Shown here piece by piece: positions 9,900-18,262 of a stretch of 64,000 nt of DNA. Made by a program: the position numbers and the translations under genes. Source of the stretch: an uncultured Ruminococcus sp. (GTDB lineage: Bacteria; Bacillota; Clostridia; Oscillospirales; CAG-382); contig CAZASH010000005.1 in the NCBI GenBank assembly GCA_964487775.1, forward strand, positions 25,352 to 89,351, read 5' to 3'. The first letter of the stretch is position 1; every line of letters begins with the position of its first letter. The notes beneath the pieces are model-generated. The model worked only from the letters and a program-made list of their open reading frames with translations, did no database searches and was not told where the DNA came from.

Positions 9900-10176
9900 G
9901 GCTGTCTGAGATAAGAAAACACACGCCGACAAAGAGCGCATTTCGCCCAGCGCTTTGTTGCAGAACCTTGCCATCCGCGTGGGATGGCGTCAGTCCTGCG
10001 CCTCGTGCTGAACAAAATGCCGCCCTTTGTGGTGCGTGGCAGTTTTTAGCGAGAGATTTTGTGTGGCAGCAACCAAAAAGGCGAAGGCGATACTTGACCG
10101 TACCGCCGAGGCTTTTTGGGCAGTTGTCGCACGAAAGATCCGCTAAAAACCGTATGTTTTCTTATCTCAGCCAGCC
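9900..10176. repeat. 277-bp intergenic element bounded by 26-bp imperfect terminal inverted repeats (MITE-like); patchy colinear similarity to the core of the 22.1 kb / 51.6 kb repeats
   Basis: The left end is GGCTGTCTGAGATAAGAAAACACACG (9900-9925). The reverse complement of the right end (10151-10176) is GGCTGGCTGAGATAAGAAAACATACG, matching 24/26. By hand alignment, four colinear blocks resemble the repeat core (for example ccctttgtg..gtggcagtttttagcgag vs cccttgtgt..ggtggattttgcgag). Confidence 0.55.
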
Positions 10177-10219
10177 TTGGCCTTCCTCACTATAAACAAA
10201 ACCAAAGGGAGTGTTATAA

Positions 10220-10702
10220 TTGAATAACAAAACAAGATTTATCGCCGAAGCGGCAGTCATCGCCGCGCTTTATACTGTGCTGACAGTCTGCCTTGCGCCT
10301 GTTTCATCGGGCGTGATACAGGTCAGAATTTCAGAGGCAATGACCATACTGCCGTGCTTTACGCCTGCTGCGATCCCGGGATTATTTTTGGGCTGCCTTA
10401 TATCGGGCTTTTTGACAGGCCTGCCGCTCGATGCGATAGTCGGAAGCCTCGCAACGCTTGCCGCTGCGATGCTTACATATCTTTTGTCAAGGGTCATAAA
10501 AAGCAGGAGGCTGGTTTGGCTTTGTGCACTGCCGCCTGTGCTTTGCAACGCCATTGCGATACCGTTTGTGCTGAAGTATGTCTATCTGTACGAGGGTGCG
10601 CTGTGGTATTTTGTGCTGACAGTCGGTGCAGGCGAGATAATTTCGGCAGGCATACTCGGTATGCTGCTGTATAAGGCGCTGACGCCTTTCTTTAAAAAAT
10701 AA
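10220..10702 (+). CDS. queT: QueT family queuosine-precursor transporter (ECF S-component-like)
   Basis: TTG start 7 nt after AAAGGGAG. It is a 160-aa polytopic membrane protein with the QueT-like segment VRISEAMTILPCF. Confidence 0.7.
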   Translation: MNNKTRFIAEAAVIAALYTVLTVCLAPVSSGVIQVRISEAMTILPCFTPAAIPGLFLGCLISGFLTGLPLDAIVGSLATLAAAMLTYLLSRVIKSRRLVWLCALPPVLCNAIAIPFVLKYVYLYEGALWYFVLTVGAGEIISAGILGMLLYKALTPFFKK

Positions 10703-10710
10703 AAAATGTT

Positions 10711-10750
10711 GAGGATCTCGGATTATGCAAATCGGCAGATCCTCTTTTTT
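10711..10750 (+). terminator. Rho-independent terminator after queT
   Basis: GAGGATCT (10711-10718) pairs with AGATCCTC (10737-10744), followed by TTTTTT. Confidence 0.7.
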
Positions 10751-10832
10751 AAAATAATTGCTCAAGGCATCAAAGGTTTTTGTTTTTTCATTCGTTTTAT
10801 AGGTAGAAGGGTAAAGGAGGGGGGCAACAGCC

Positions 10833-11285
10833 ATGAACGATATCGAGTTTGAACGCATATACGACATGTTCGCCGACGACGTTTGGCGTGTCTGCGTCTG
10901 CTATTTTGGCAGTTGTGTTGCCGATTCGGAGGACGCTTCGCAGACCACCTTCGTTAAGCTATTGACAAATCCGCCAGGCACCGACGATATGCAGCATATC
11001 AAGGCGTGGCTAATTGTGACCGCAGGCAACGTGTGCAAGGATATGCTGCGCTCAAGACACAGGCGCAATATTCCGCTTGATTCGCTTGCCGAGATCGGTT
11101 ATACCGATGCTGCACACGACGACAGCGTTTTGAGAGCCGTGCTGAAATTGCCTGCAAAGGTCAAGACCGCCGTTTATCTGCATTATTATGAGGGAATGAG
11201 CGGCGAGGAGATCGCCGAGCTGTGCGGTGTCAAAGCAAAAATTGCAGATGGTTTCGGCGTTTTACGGCGAGTTGGCAAAGAATAA
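10833..11285 (+). CDS. ECF-type (sigma-70 family group 4) RNA polymerase sigma factor
   Basis: AAAGGAGG RBS. The region 2 pattern is DSEDASQTTFVKLL...IKAWLIVTAGNVCKDMLR. Region 4 is LPAKVKTAVYLHYYEGMSGEEIAELCGV. The last ~17 aa (KAKIADGFGVLRRVGKE) are atypical for the 4.2 recognition helix. Confidence 0.75.
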   Translation: MNDIEFERIYDMFADDVWRVCVCYFGSCVADSEDASQTTFVKLLTNPPGTDDMQHIKAWLIVTAGNVCKDMLRSRHRRNIPLDSLAEIGYTDAAHDDSVLRAVLKLPAKVKTAVYLHYYEGMSGEEIAELCGVKAKIADGFGVLRRVGKE

Positions 11286-12384
11286 CCCCGAGATACATCA
11301 GAATTTCTTTGGGCTGTATGACACATTTTCGATAGAGCTGTTTTTAAAATGTGCCGAAACAGGCGAAAAAAACGTCATGCTCTCGCCTCTGTCGGTGCTT
11401 ACCGCACTCAGCATGGTCATGAACGGCGCAGACGGCAATACAAAGGCCGCTGTTGAAAAGCAGATCGGCATGACTGCGGCAGAGCTCGGCAGGTCGATCA
11501 CCGCATATGCAAGGTCGCTTTATCAGTCAGAGGATTGCACTGTCACGAGCGTGTGCTCGATGTGGATAAGAGACGAGTATAAAGGCAATATTCGTGACTC
11601 GTTTTGCGATGCGCTCGAGGATATATATGATTCCGAAATAATGCTTGCGCCGTTTGATTCAGCGACAGTCGACTCGATCAACGCCTGGTGCAGCAAAAAC
11701 ACGGGCGGCAGGCTTAAAAAGCTCATAAGCGACATACCCGACGACACCGTTTTGCTGCTTGCGAATGCGCTCGTGTTTGAGGCAGAATGGCAGGAGCTGC
11801 AGAAAGCGCCCGTAAAACGCATATTTAATGGCCTCGGCGGCACAAAAGAGGTCGATATGCTGCTTGATAGTGTGCTTTACGACGAGGACTGCACAGGCTT
11901 TTTGAAGGACTATAAGGGCGGCAGATATGCTTTTGTCGCACTGCTTCCCAATGACGAGAACGAGAATATTTATTCCTTCGCCGCCTCGCTCGCAACAGGC
12001 AGATGGCGTTATCTGTTTGACACTGCGTTCGAAGCGAGCGCACATATATCGTTGCCGTGCTTCAGCGCAGATTACAGCGACACAGACCTGCAGGAGAAAT
12101 TAAACGAAATAGGCTATTCTGCCCTGACAGATCTGAAAGCCGATTTTATGGGCATACTCAAAAGCCCGTTTGACGGCAGCTTTCGCCTCGGCAATGTAAC
12201 GCACAGCGTTCACCTCGATGTAACACCGTTCGGCACGGTTGCCGCAGGTGCAACTGTTGCGGCGATGCCGGGTGACAGCTTTCCGCAGTATCGCATAGAC
12301 CTCACAAGACCGTTTGTTTATGCGATAGTCGATAAAACGACAGGCAGTATGCTGTTTGTCGGCGTTATCACCGATATCGGATAG
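11227..12384 (+). CDS. Serpin family protein (no signal peptide detected)
   Basis: Serpin N-terminal pattern NVMLSPLSVLTALSMVMNGADGNT. The hinge/reactive-centre loop is GTVAAGATVAAMPGDS, followed by RPFVYAIVDKTTGSMLFVGVI. The start overlaps the sigma ORF by 59 nt in another frame, and an alternative ATG lies at 11248. Confidence 0.8.
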   Translation: MSKQKLQMVSAFYGELAKNNPEIHQNFFGLYDTFSIELFLKCAETGEKNVMLSPLSVLTALSMVMNGADGNTKAAVEKQIGMTAAELGRSITAYARSLYQSEDCTVTSVCSMWIRDEYKGNIRDSFCDALEDIYDSEIMLAPFDSATVDSINAWCSKNTGGRLKKLISDIPDDTVLLLANALVFEAEWQELQKAPVKRIFNGLGGTKEVDMLLDSVLYDEDCTGFLKDYKGGRYAFVALLPNDENENIYSFAASLATGRWRYLFDTAFEASAHISLPCFSADYSDTDLQEKLNEIGYSALTDLKADFMGILKSPFDGSFRLGNVTHSVHLDVTPFGTVAAGATVAAMPGDSFPQYRIDLTRPFVYAIVDKTTGSMLFVGVITDIG

Positions 12385-12395
12385 TATTATTAAAT

Positions 12396-12427
12396 GAGAA
12401 GAGAGATCAAAGCGATCTCTCTTCTTT
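12396..12427. terminator. Bidirectional terminator hairpin between the convergent serpin and Clp-like genes
   Basis: GAGAAGAGAGATC - AAAGC - GATCTCTCTTCTT. Confidence 0.75.
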
Positions 12428-12433
12428 GCGCTA

Positions 12434-14248
12434 TCAGGCGTTTATTGCGGCGACCTGCTTTATCGGCTTTGTCGCTATGCTTATGCCGCAGGCGGCGCAC
12501 AGTCGGCAGCAGTCGTATATATCGCTGCGGCAAAAGCCCATCTGAGATACGCGCCTTTCGCCTGCGACGTATATGACCGCCTTTGTCAGTGTGGTTTGCT
12601 GCGAAAGCCTGCCCTCTGTGATAAGCGGAATAAGCGCATTCGTCAGCTCGTGATGCTCTGCGCCTGCGTTTTTAAATTCTATCACGCACGCAGGATGGCG
12701 CATAATAAACTCGGGCAGTATGCCCTTTTGTCTGTCGTCACCAAGCAGCAAAGCAAGAGAATATGCGCCCGAATATTCTGCAAGGTCGATCGAAAGCAGA
12801 TTTTTTTGTGAGCCGAACAGCACATCCGCCGTCCTTTCGGCAAGCATTTTATCACCGTCGCCGTAGACAGCCGCCGCAAAGACCGCTTTTTTGCCGTCCT
12901 TGATCGAGTCTGCCAAAGCCGCCAAAGCGTTTTCGTCAAGGCAGAGACTTTCTTTGATGGTATTTATCGCACTCTCTATAGCCTGCTCGTCGCAGAGCAG
13001 TATTTTGCGCGGAACTCCCGTCATGCTTTCTGCGGCATCTGCGACCGCATCTGCAGTGACTATGCTCTCGTGCCTTTTTGCCGTTCTCGCCGCCGCCTCG
13101 TCCATCAGATCTATTGCCTTGTCGGGCAGGCACCTGCCGCCGATGAAGGCTGCCGAGATGTCGACACACGCCGAAAGTGCGTCTTTTTCAAAGCAAACAC
13201 CGTGAAACGCCTCGTATTTATTTTTTATGCCGCAAAGTATCTCAAGACATTCGTCACTCGACGGCTCGCACACCTCGACAGGCTGAAACCTGCGCTCGAG
13301 CGCACTGTCGCGCATAATGAATTTTTTATATTCGTCGTCGGTCGTCGCACCTATAACTCTTATCTCGCCTCGTGCAAGCGGCGGCTTTAGAATATTCGAC
13401 GCATCTATCGCACCCTCTGCCGCACCCGCGCCGACTATCGTGTGCAATTCGTCAATGAAAAGTATGACGTCGGGCGAGCCCGATGCCTCAGAAAGTATCT
13501 TGCACAGCCTTTCTTCAAACTCGCCTCTGTATTTTGTCCCTGCGACGACAGACGCCATGTCGAGCTCCATTATTCGGCAGTCCTTTAAAGCATCGGGAAT
13601 ATTCCCCGAGGCGATACGCATAGCTATCGATTCTGCTATTGCGGTCTTGCCGACACCTGCCCTGCCCACCAGACACGGATTGTTTTTTGTGCGCCTGAGC
13701 AGAATGCTTATCACTCGCTCTGATTCTTTTTCACGGCCGACAACAGGGTCGATAAGCCCCATTCGGGCGTTTTTTGTAAGATCACGTGCGTATTTTTCGA
13801 GTGTCGGAGTGCTTATCGGCTGCTTTTGCAATTTCGCCTGCTCTGAAATATTGGCGTTTTTGTCTGCCTGTGCGCCATAGCCCATGCTCAGCAAAAGCTT
13901 TAACGCCACGCAGTCGGCACCAAGCACGCTTTCAAGCAGCGAAGCGCAGTCTATAAGCGAGCTCGGCTTTGCGCCTGTGGCTGAATATATGACGTTCTTG
14001 CAGGTCGGCGTCATATCGTCACCCGTGAGCTCTGTTTTTGCGCCTATACCGACGAGCTCGATTATTTTTTGCCTGACTGCTGCCGCAGTGATGCCACACG
14101 CAAAAAGCCTGTCGGCGCAGGCGGGCGACTCTGACAGCAGCCCCAGCAAAAGATGCTCTGTGCCTATATACGAATGTCCCATTTCACCTGCTGCGTGTGA
14201 TGCCGCGGCGATGGCGCGCTTTGCGTCGCCTGCAAATTTCTTTGCCAT
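12434..14248 (-). CDS. ClpA/ClpC-like AAA+ protein: Clp N-domain repeats, an intact D1, and a short degenerate D2 (no Walker A/B, no ClpP-docking loop seen)
   Basis: The start was moved to the ATG of MAKKF, because the GTG at 14257 lies inside the GAGGTGG RBS. Clp_N is IGTEHLLLGLL. D1 has GRAGVGKTAIAE and ILFIDELHTIVGAG. In the D2 position, GPTGVGKT is replaced by AAVYGDGDKM and the Walker B by CVIEFKNAGAE. No UVR/M-domain is present. Confidence 0.8.
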   Translation of the reverse strand: MAKKFAGDAKRAIAAASHAAGEMGHSYIGTEHLLLGLLSESPACADRLFACGITAAAVRQKIIELVGIGAKTELTGDDMTPTCKNVIYSATGAKPSSLIDCASLLESVLGADCVALKLLLSMGYGAQADKNANISEQAKLQKQPISTPTLEKYARDLTKNARMGLIDPVVGREKESERVISILLRRTKNNPCLVGRAGVGKTAIAESIAMRIASGNIPDALKDCRIMELDMASVVAGTKYRGEFEERLCKILSEASGSPDVILFIDELHTIVGAGAAEGAIDASNILKPPLARGEIRVIGATTDDEYKKFIMRDSALERRFQPVEVCEPSSDECLEILCGIKNKYEAFHGVCFEKDALSACVDISAAFIGGRCLPDKAIDLMDEAAARTAKRHESIVTADAVADAAESMTGVPRKILLCDEQAIESAINTIKESLCLDENALAALADSIKDGKKAVFAAAVYGDGDKMLAERTADVLFGSQKNLLSIDLAEYSGAYSLALLLGDDRQKGILPEFIMRHPACVIEFKNAGAEHHELTNALIPLITEGRLSQQTTLTKAVIYVAGERRVSQMGFCRSDIYDCCRLCAACGISIATKPIKQVAAINA

Positions 14249-14294
14249 ACAGTCCACCTCTCAAAGATATTTTTTTATAATTATAGTTAGCCTG

Positions 14295-14323
14295 TTGATT
14301 TTTGCAAAAGAATAATGTAAAAT
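14295..14323 (+). promoter_or_regulatory. Candidate sigma-A promoter for the 14372 gene
   Basis: TTGATT (14295-14300), a 17-nt spacer ending in TG, then TAAAAT (14318-14323). Confidence 0.5.
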
Positions 14324-14371
14324 ATAACTGTCACAGTGTAAGGTGCTATTTCAAAAAGGAGGTACAAGCCC

Positions 14372-14983
14372 TTGGATGAGCAGAGCAAAACAACCAAAAA
14401 GCGCAAAAAGCATAGCAGAATGGCCGAGACGTTCGTCACCGTCGCCATAACCATGCTCGTTCTGATCATAATAATAACGGCGCTTGCCGCAGGCGTTATA
14501 TATATGATATACGACAGCGCATCTGACAGCTCGGGGCTTTACAGCCTGAGGCTCGTCAAAAACGGCAAGACTGCGGTCACTGTTTCGTCCTCCTCGGCGA
14601 ACAGAGTATATGGGCTTTATGTTCCGTATAGTGCGGTAGCCTGTATCGCCGACATCAGCATAGCCGGCGACGATCAAAAGATCAACCTCGTCTGTCTGCC
14701 CTCGCAAAGCATGATAGCCTGCACGGATAATTCGACGCAGATATATGTCAACGGCTCGTCGGCAAGGCTTTCGGCACCTGTTATATTTACAGAAACAGAT
14801 ATTTTATTGCCTGTCGAGCTGTTTCAGAATTTTGTGTTCGGCATAGATGTGACCTTTGACGAAGGTACACACGTCTGCAAGCTTTCACGTGACGACGACA
14901 ACGGAGATATAAGGCTCAAGATGTCGCCTGTTTCAGAGATGCAAAAGACCTATTTCCCCGAGAGCTATAAAAAATATGAGTAA
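14372..14983 (+). CDS. Hypothetical single-pass membrane protein
   Basis: TTG start 9 nt after AGGAGG. A basic N-terminus is followed by one TM segment (FVTVAITMLVLIIIITALAAGVIYMIY) and an extracytoplasmic beta-rich domain. I recognise no family. Confidence 0.55.
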   Translation: MDEQSKTTKKRKKHSRMAETFVTVAITMLVLIIIITALAAGVIYMIYDSASDSSGLYSLRLVKNGKTAVTVSSSSANRVYGLYVPYSAVACIADISIAGDDQKINLVCLPSQSMIACTDNSTQIYVNGSSARLSAPVIFTETDILLPVELFQNFVFGIDVTFDEGTHVCKLSRDDDNGDIRLKMSPVSEMQKTYFPESYKKYE

Positions 14984-15143
14984 TGCATAATATGCTTTTT
15001 GCACTTCGGCTGTTAACAAAGCAAAACGCCACACAACGATGCTTGACGTGCAAAACAGGTTTTATGCAAAAGCATACATAATAAACGGCAATCAGGGCTA
15101 TAATATCGACAAACAACGCTTTTTTAAGGAGTTTATCACTATT

Positions 15144-16298
15144 ATGAGAAATAACAAAAACATTAGCATCGCAAAATGCATATCGATAATGCTTTTGCTT
15201 TTTATGCTGATCTCGTGCGTTCTCACGTCCTGCGACCCGAGCGACGGCGATACCAGCGGCAGCGCAGCATCAAACGGTGCTATATCGAATGACGCTTCGC
15301 AAAACGCAGGCACGTCATCTGATGCTTCGGACGCTTCTGACGTTTCGGACACATCAGACAATTCCGAAGCCCCCGAGGCTTCTGACACATCGGATGAAGC
15401 AGGCGGAAATTCTGTTTACGCCGAGCAAAAGGGAGGGTATAAATTGAAGGTAAAAAAGCTTTCGAGCAACCAATATCGCTTTACGTCACATATTTTCGAC
15501 GACCGCAAGGTCGCACTCACGCTTGATAAACGCGCGTGGGGCACTTACATATTAGGCTCGTGGACGCTTTCGACCGCAGGTGGCAACGTCAACTTCACAG
15601 GCGGCTCGACTGATATGGAGTATGTCTATCGTGCATCCGACAAGCCGTCGGGCGGCTATGTCTGGTCTGGCGGCAACCACGGCAACGAGACCCTCGTCTC
15701 GCTCGAGTTTTATGACGGTGAAACCTTGCTCGACCTTGATTCGGGCAAAGAGTTTGAGGTAGAAACCTTGACCGTCGTGCAAAAAACTCATCTGCACCTC
15801 GGCAACCCCGATGATTATTATGCCGCCGTGACACGCAATTATACGATAACGGCAGAGCAGATCAGGCTCGACTGCGAGTATGACCACGTCAAGGATGTCT
15901 ATTGGTATCTCTCGTACACCTGTATGATGCCGATAAGTAAGGCCTACGGCACGCACGCAGATTATTATGAGAACGGCAAGCTTATCTATCAGTGCGAAAC
16001 AGGCGAGACCTGCGAGAAGGAATACGCCTCAGACACGTTCTATGAGGGCTATGGCGCCGACTGCGTCGTGCTCTACGGCAACAAGAATCCGAGATACAAG
16101 ATACAGGTCAGAGTGCTCACCCCCGAGACTGCAACAGACAACTTCAGCAACACACGCAAGACAATGTTCTGGGATATGAATAAAACCCACAACAAGCTTT
16201 ATTTCAGCAAATACGAAGAAAATACGCCGACATTGGTTGCGGCAGGCACTAAATATACCACCTCGTGCTCGTGGCTTTTGATAGATGACGAGGCATAA
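15144..16298 (+). CDS. Secreted lipoprotein of unknown function; its C-terminal ~270-aa domain is paralogous to the C-terminus of the next gene
   Basis: The start was moved to the ATG at 15144 (AAGGAG upstream). The signal peptide has a lipobox (LTSC), followed by a Ser/Asp-rich linker. It shares the motifs AWGT..LG.W, EYVYRA, SGGNHG.E, FWDMN..NKLYFS with 16308..18251. Confidence 0.7.
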   Translation: MRNNKNISIAKCISIMLLLFMLISCVLTSCDPSDGDTSGSAASNGAISNDASQNAGTSSDASDASDVSDTSDNSEAPEASDTSDEAGGNSVYAEQKGGYKLKVKKLSSNQYRFTSHIFDDRKVALTLDKRAWGTYILGSWTLSTAGGNVNFTGGSTDMEYVYRASDKPSGGYVWSGGNHGNETLVSLEFYDGETLLDLDSGKEFEVETLTVVQKTHLHLGNPDDYYAAVTRNYTITAEQIRLDCEYDHVKDVYWYLSYTCMMPISKAYGTHADYYENGKLIYQCETGETCEKEYASDTFYEGYGADCVVLYGNKNPRYKIQVRVLTPETATDNFSNTRKTMFWDMNKTHNKLYFSKYEENTPTLVAAGTKYTTSCSWLLIDDEA

Positions 16299-16307
16299 GA
16301 AAGGGGA

Positions 16308-18251
16308 ATGATGATGAAAAACAAGGCGATCAAGCTTTTTTCATTGCTTTTGGCGGTCATAATGCTCGCTTCGGCGCTCGCTGTTTCGGCAGAGCAGGAG
16401 AAATTATCAAACATAGCGCTCGACTGCCCTTATACATACGATCCGCAGCCGTATCAGGATAAGGCAAATTCCAACGGCTATGTCAATGTTGACGGCAAAG
16501 AGCTCACCGACGGCGCTACAAACGACGGTGGCGACGCAGGCAGCACCATTTGGGTCGGCTGGAACTCGGGCGCACCGATAACGATAGTCCTTGACCTTTT
16601 AGAGGTCAACAGCGGCATAGTGAGAATTGCGGCGTATGTCGAGGAGATGACCTCCTGGGGCATCAGCTATCCCCAGCGTATAACCTTCTCTGCCTCAGAG
16701 GACGGCAAGAATTATACCAAATTGGGCGACGGCAAAAGAGTTGCGGTCGAGGGAAACCGCATTTCGCAGATAAGATACACCGACAAAGACGGCTTTTCGG
16801 CAAGATATATCAAGATCGAGATATACCGTGCAGGCGGCTTTGCGTTCTGCTCTGAGATCGAGGTGTGTGTCGGTACTGTTGGCGACGACGATGATGATAC
16901 AAGCGCAGAAGATACGATGGGCTTTAACGACTCTGACTATGGTGATCCGCTTGACAAAAAGGCTACCTCTACAGGCAAGAGCCCCGATTTTAATTCACTG
17001 CGCACCATGTACAACTCGGGCGAATACATAGAGACCTCGGGTGGCACTCAGTATGTCCGCGGCGTAAGACCCGACACCTCGGTCAGCGCGTTTCTTGCTA
17101 CGATGGGGCACGCCGACTGCAGGCTGACCGACAAAAACGGCAAGCAAAAGACCTCCGGCAATGTCGTCAGCGGCGATATAGTTACGCTCGGCAAGCAAAA
17201 GGCGGTCGTCATCATTGACGGCGACATCAACTGCGACGGCGGTGTCGACGTTTGCGATTATATCGCAAGCAGGAGAACAGACAAAAAGACCTATACGCCA
17301 ACAGATATAGGCAAAAAATCTGCCGCAAGCCACAGCAGCATCAAGCAGCATCTGCAGGGCGCAAAGAGCCTTTATCAAAAATATGACGATCCCGACAGAA
17401 GCGAGACCTATCCCATGACTGTCAAGCAGACCACGACCTCGAATGTCGATATAACCTGCAAGGGCACCTCGGTCGGCACGCTTTCTATCTCGCTCTACAA
17501 GACCGCATGGGGCACCTGGAACCTCGGAATGTGGAAGGTCGACGGCACTCGTGTCGCAGGCGGCTATACCGACTGGGAGTATGTTTACAGGGCAGGCACA
17601 TCGGCATCGAGCATGCCGTTCTCGGGCGGCAACCACGGCGACGAGGATCTGCAGAGCATAGAATTCTTCGATGCCTCGACAGGCGAAAAGCTGAACCTCG
17701 CCGTCGGCAAGAGCTTTGATACCAACGGCGTCAAGGTGGTCGAAAAGACCATCATCCGCATAGCAGGCACACAGACACAGTATCTTTCTGTTACCAGAAC
17801 ATATTATTTCATAGGCGAGCGTATAACGCTCGAGTGCGAATGCGAGGTCTTGAGAGACACCTATTTCGGCTTGACGTATTCCTGTATGTTCGCAGTGCCC
17901 AAGACGCAGGGCAGGTTCATCACGTTCCACAAGACCGACGGCAGCGACGTTTCGTTCACCTCGCTCAAGGTTGGCTATGCCGATTATTCGGGCGTGATGT
18001 ACGGCTGCACCAACGCTACGTCAGCCACCATCAGCGGCTATTCGGGCAAGAAGGTGGCATTTGATGTCGAGGTATTCGGCGTCGACGCACACCACAATTT
18101 CACCAGCAAGGCAAAAACTGAATTCTGGGATATGAACGCAAACGAAAACAAGCTTTATTTCTCGATATTCAACGAGTCGGGCGTCAAGGTCACCAAGGGC
18201 GCACGCTGGTCAACAAAAGCATCATGGACGATAAAAAAGCAGGTCGGCTGA
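16308..18251 (+). CDS. Secreted multidomain protein: F5/8 type C (discoidin)-like domain, a dockerin-like EF-hand module, and a C-terminal domain paralogous to 15144..16298
   Basis: The signal peptide ends in ALAVSA. The discoidin-like signature is ELTDG...ARYIKIEIYRAGGFAFCSEIEV. The dockerin-like loop is GDINCDGGVDVCDY. The C-terminal domain aligns with the previous gene. Confidence 0.75.
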   Translation: MMMKNKAIKLFSLLLAVIMLASALAVSAEQEKLSNIALDCPYTYDPQPYQDKANSNGYVNVDGKELTDGATNDGGDAGSTIWVGWNSGAPITIVLDLLEVNSGIVRIAAYVEEMTSWGISYPQRITFSASEDGKNYTKLGDGKRVAVEGNRISQIRYTDKDGFSARYIKIEIYRAGGFAFCSEIEVCVGTVGDDDDDTSAEDTMGFNDSDYGDPLDKKATSTGKSPDFNSLRTMYNSGEYIETSGGTQYVRGVRPDTSVSAFLATMGHADCRLTDKNGKQKTSGNVVSGDIVTLGKQKAVVIIDGDINCDGGVDVCDYIASRRTDKKTYTPTDIGKKSAASHSSIKQHLQGAKSLYQKYDDPDRSETYPMTVKQTTTSNVDITCKGTSVGTLSISLYKTAWGTWNLGMWKVDGTRVAGGYTDWEYVYRAGTSASSMPFSGGNHGDEDLQSIEFFDASTGEKLNLAVGKSFDTNGVKVVEKTIIRIAGTQTQYLSVTRTYYFIGERITLECECEVLRDTYFGLTYSCMFAVPKTQGRFITFHKTDGSDVSFTSLKVGYADYSGVMYGCTNATSATISGYSGKKVAFDVEVFGVDAHHNFTSKAKTEFWDMNANENKLYFSIFNESGVKVTKGARWSTKASWTIKKQVG

Positions 18252-18262
18252 CCTGCTTTTTA
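18238..18262. terminator. Bidirectional terminator between convergent genes (it overlaps the stop codon of 16308..18251)
   Basis: AGCAGGTC - GGCT - GACCTGCT followed by TTTTTATT, with an A-rich run upstream. Confidence 0.7.

Noticed and set aside
10177-10219. A canonical preQ1-I riboswitch call.
   Set aside because: The A-rich tail matches, but the sequence offers no 5-bp P1 helix: there is no GUGAGG/GAGG partner for CCUCAC. I did not annotate it as a feature and left it as a low-interest item to test with covariance models.
11227-11285. A sigma-serpin fusion protein arising from a frameshift in the 59-nt overlap.
   Set aside because: Neither alternative frame restores a convincing region 4.2 helix, and the serpin frame has its own in-frame ATGs. 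Without read data a frameshift cannot be asserted, so I kept the two as separate CDSs and flagged the overlap as a finding.
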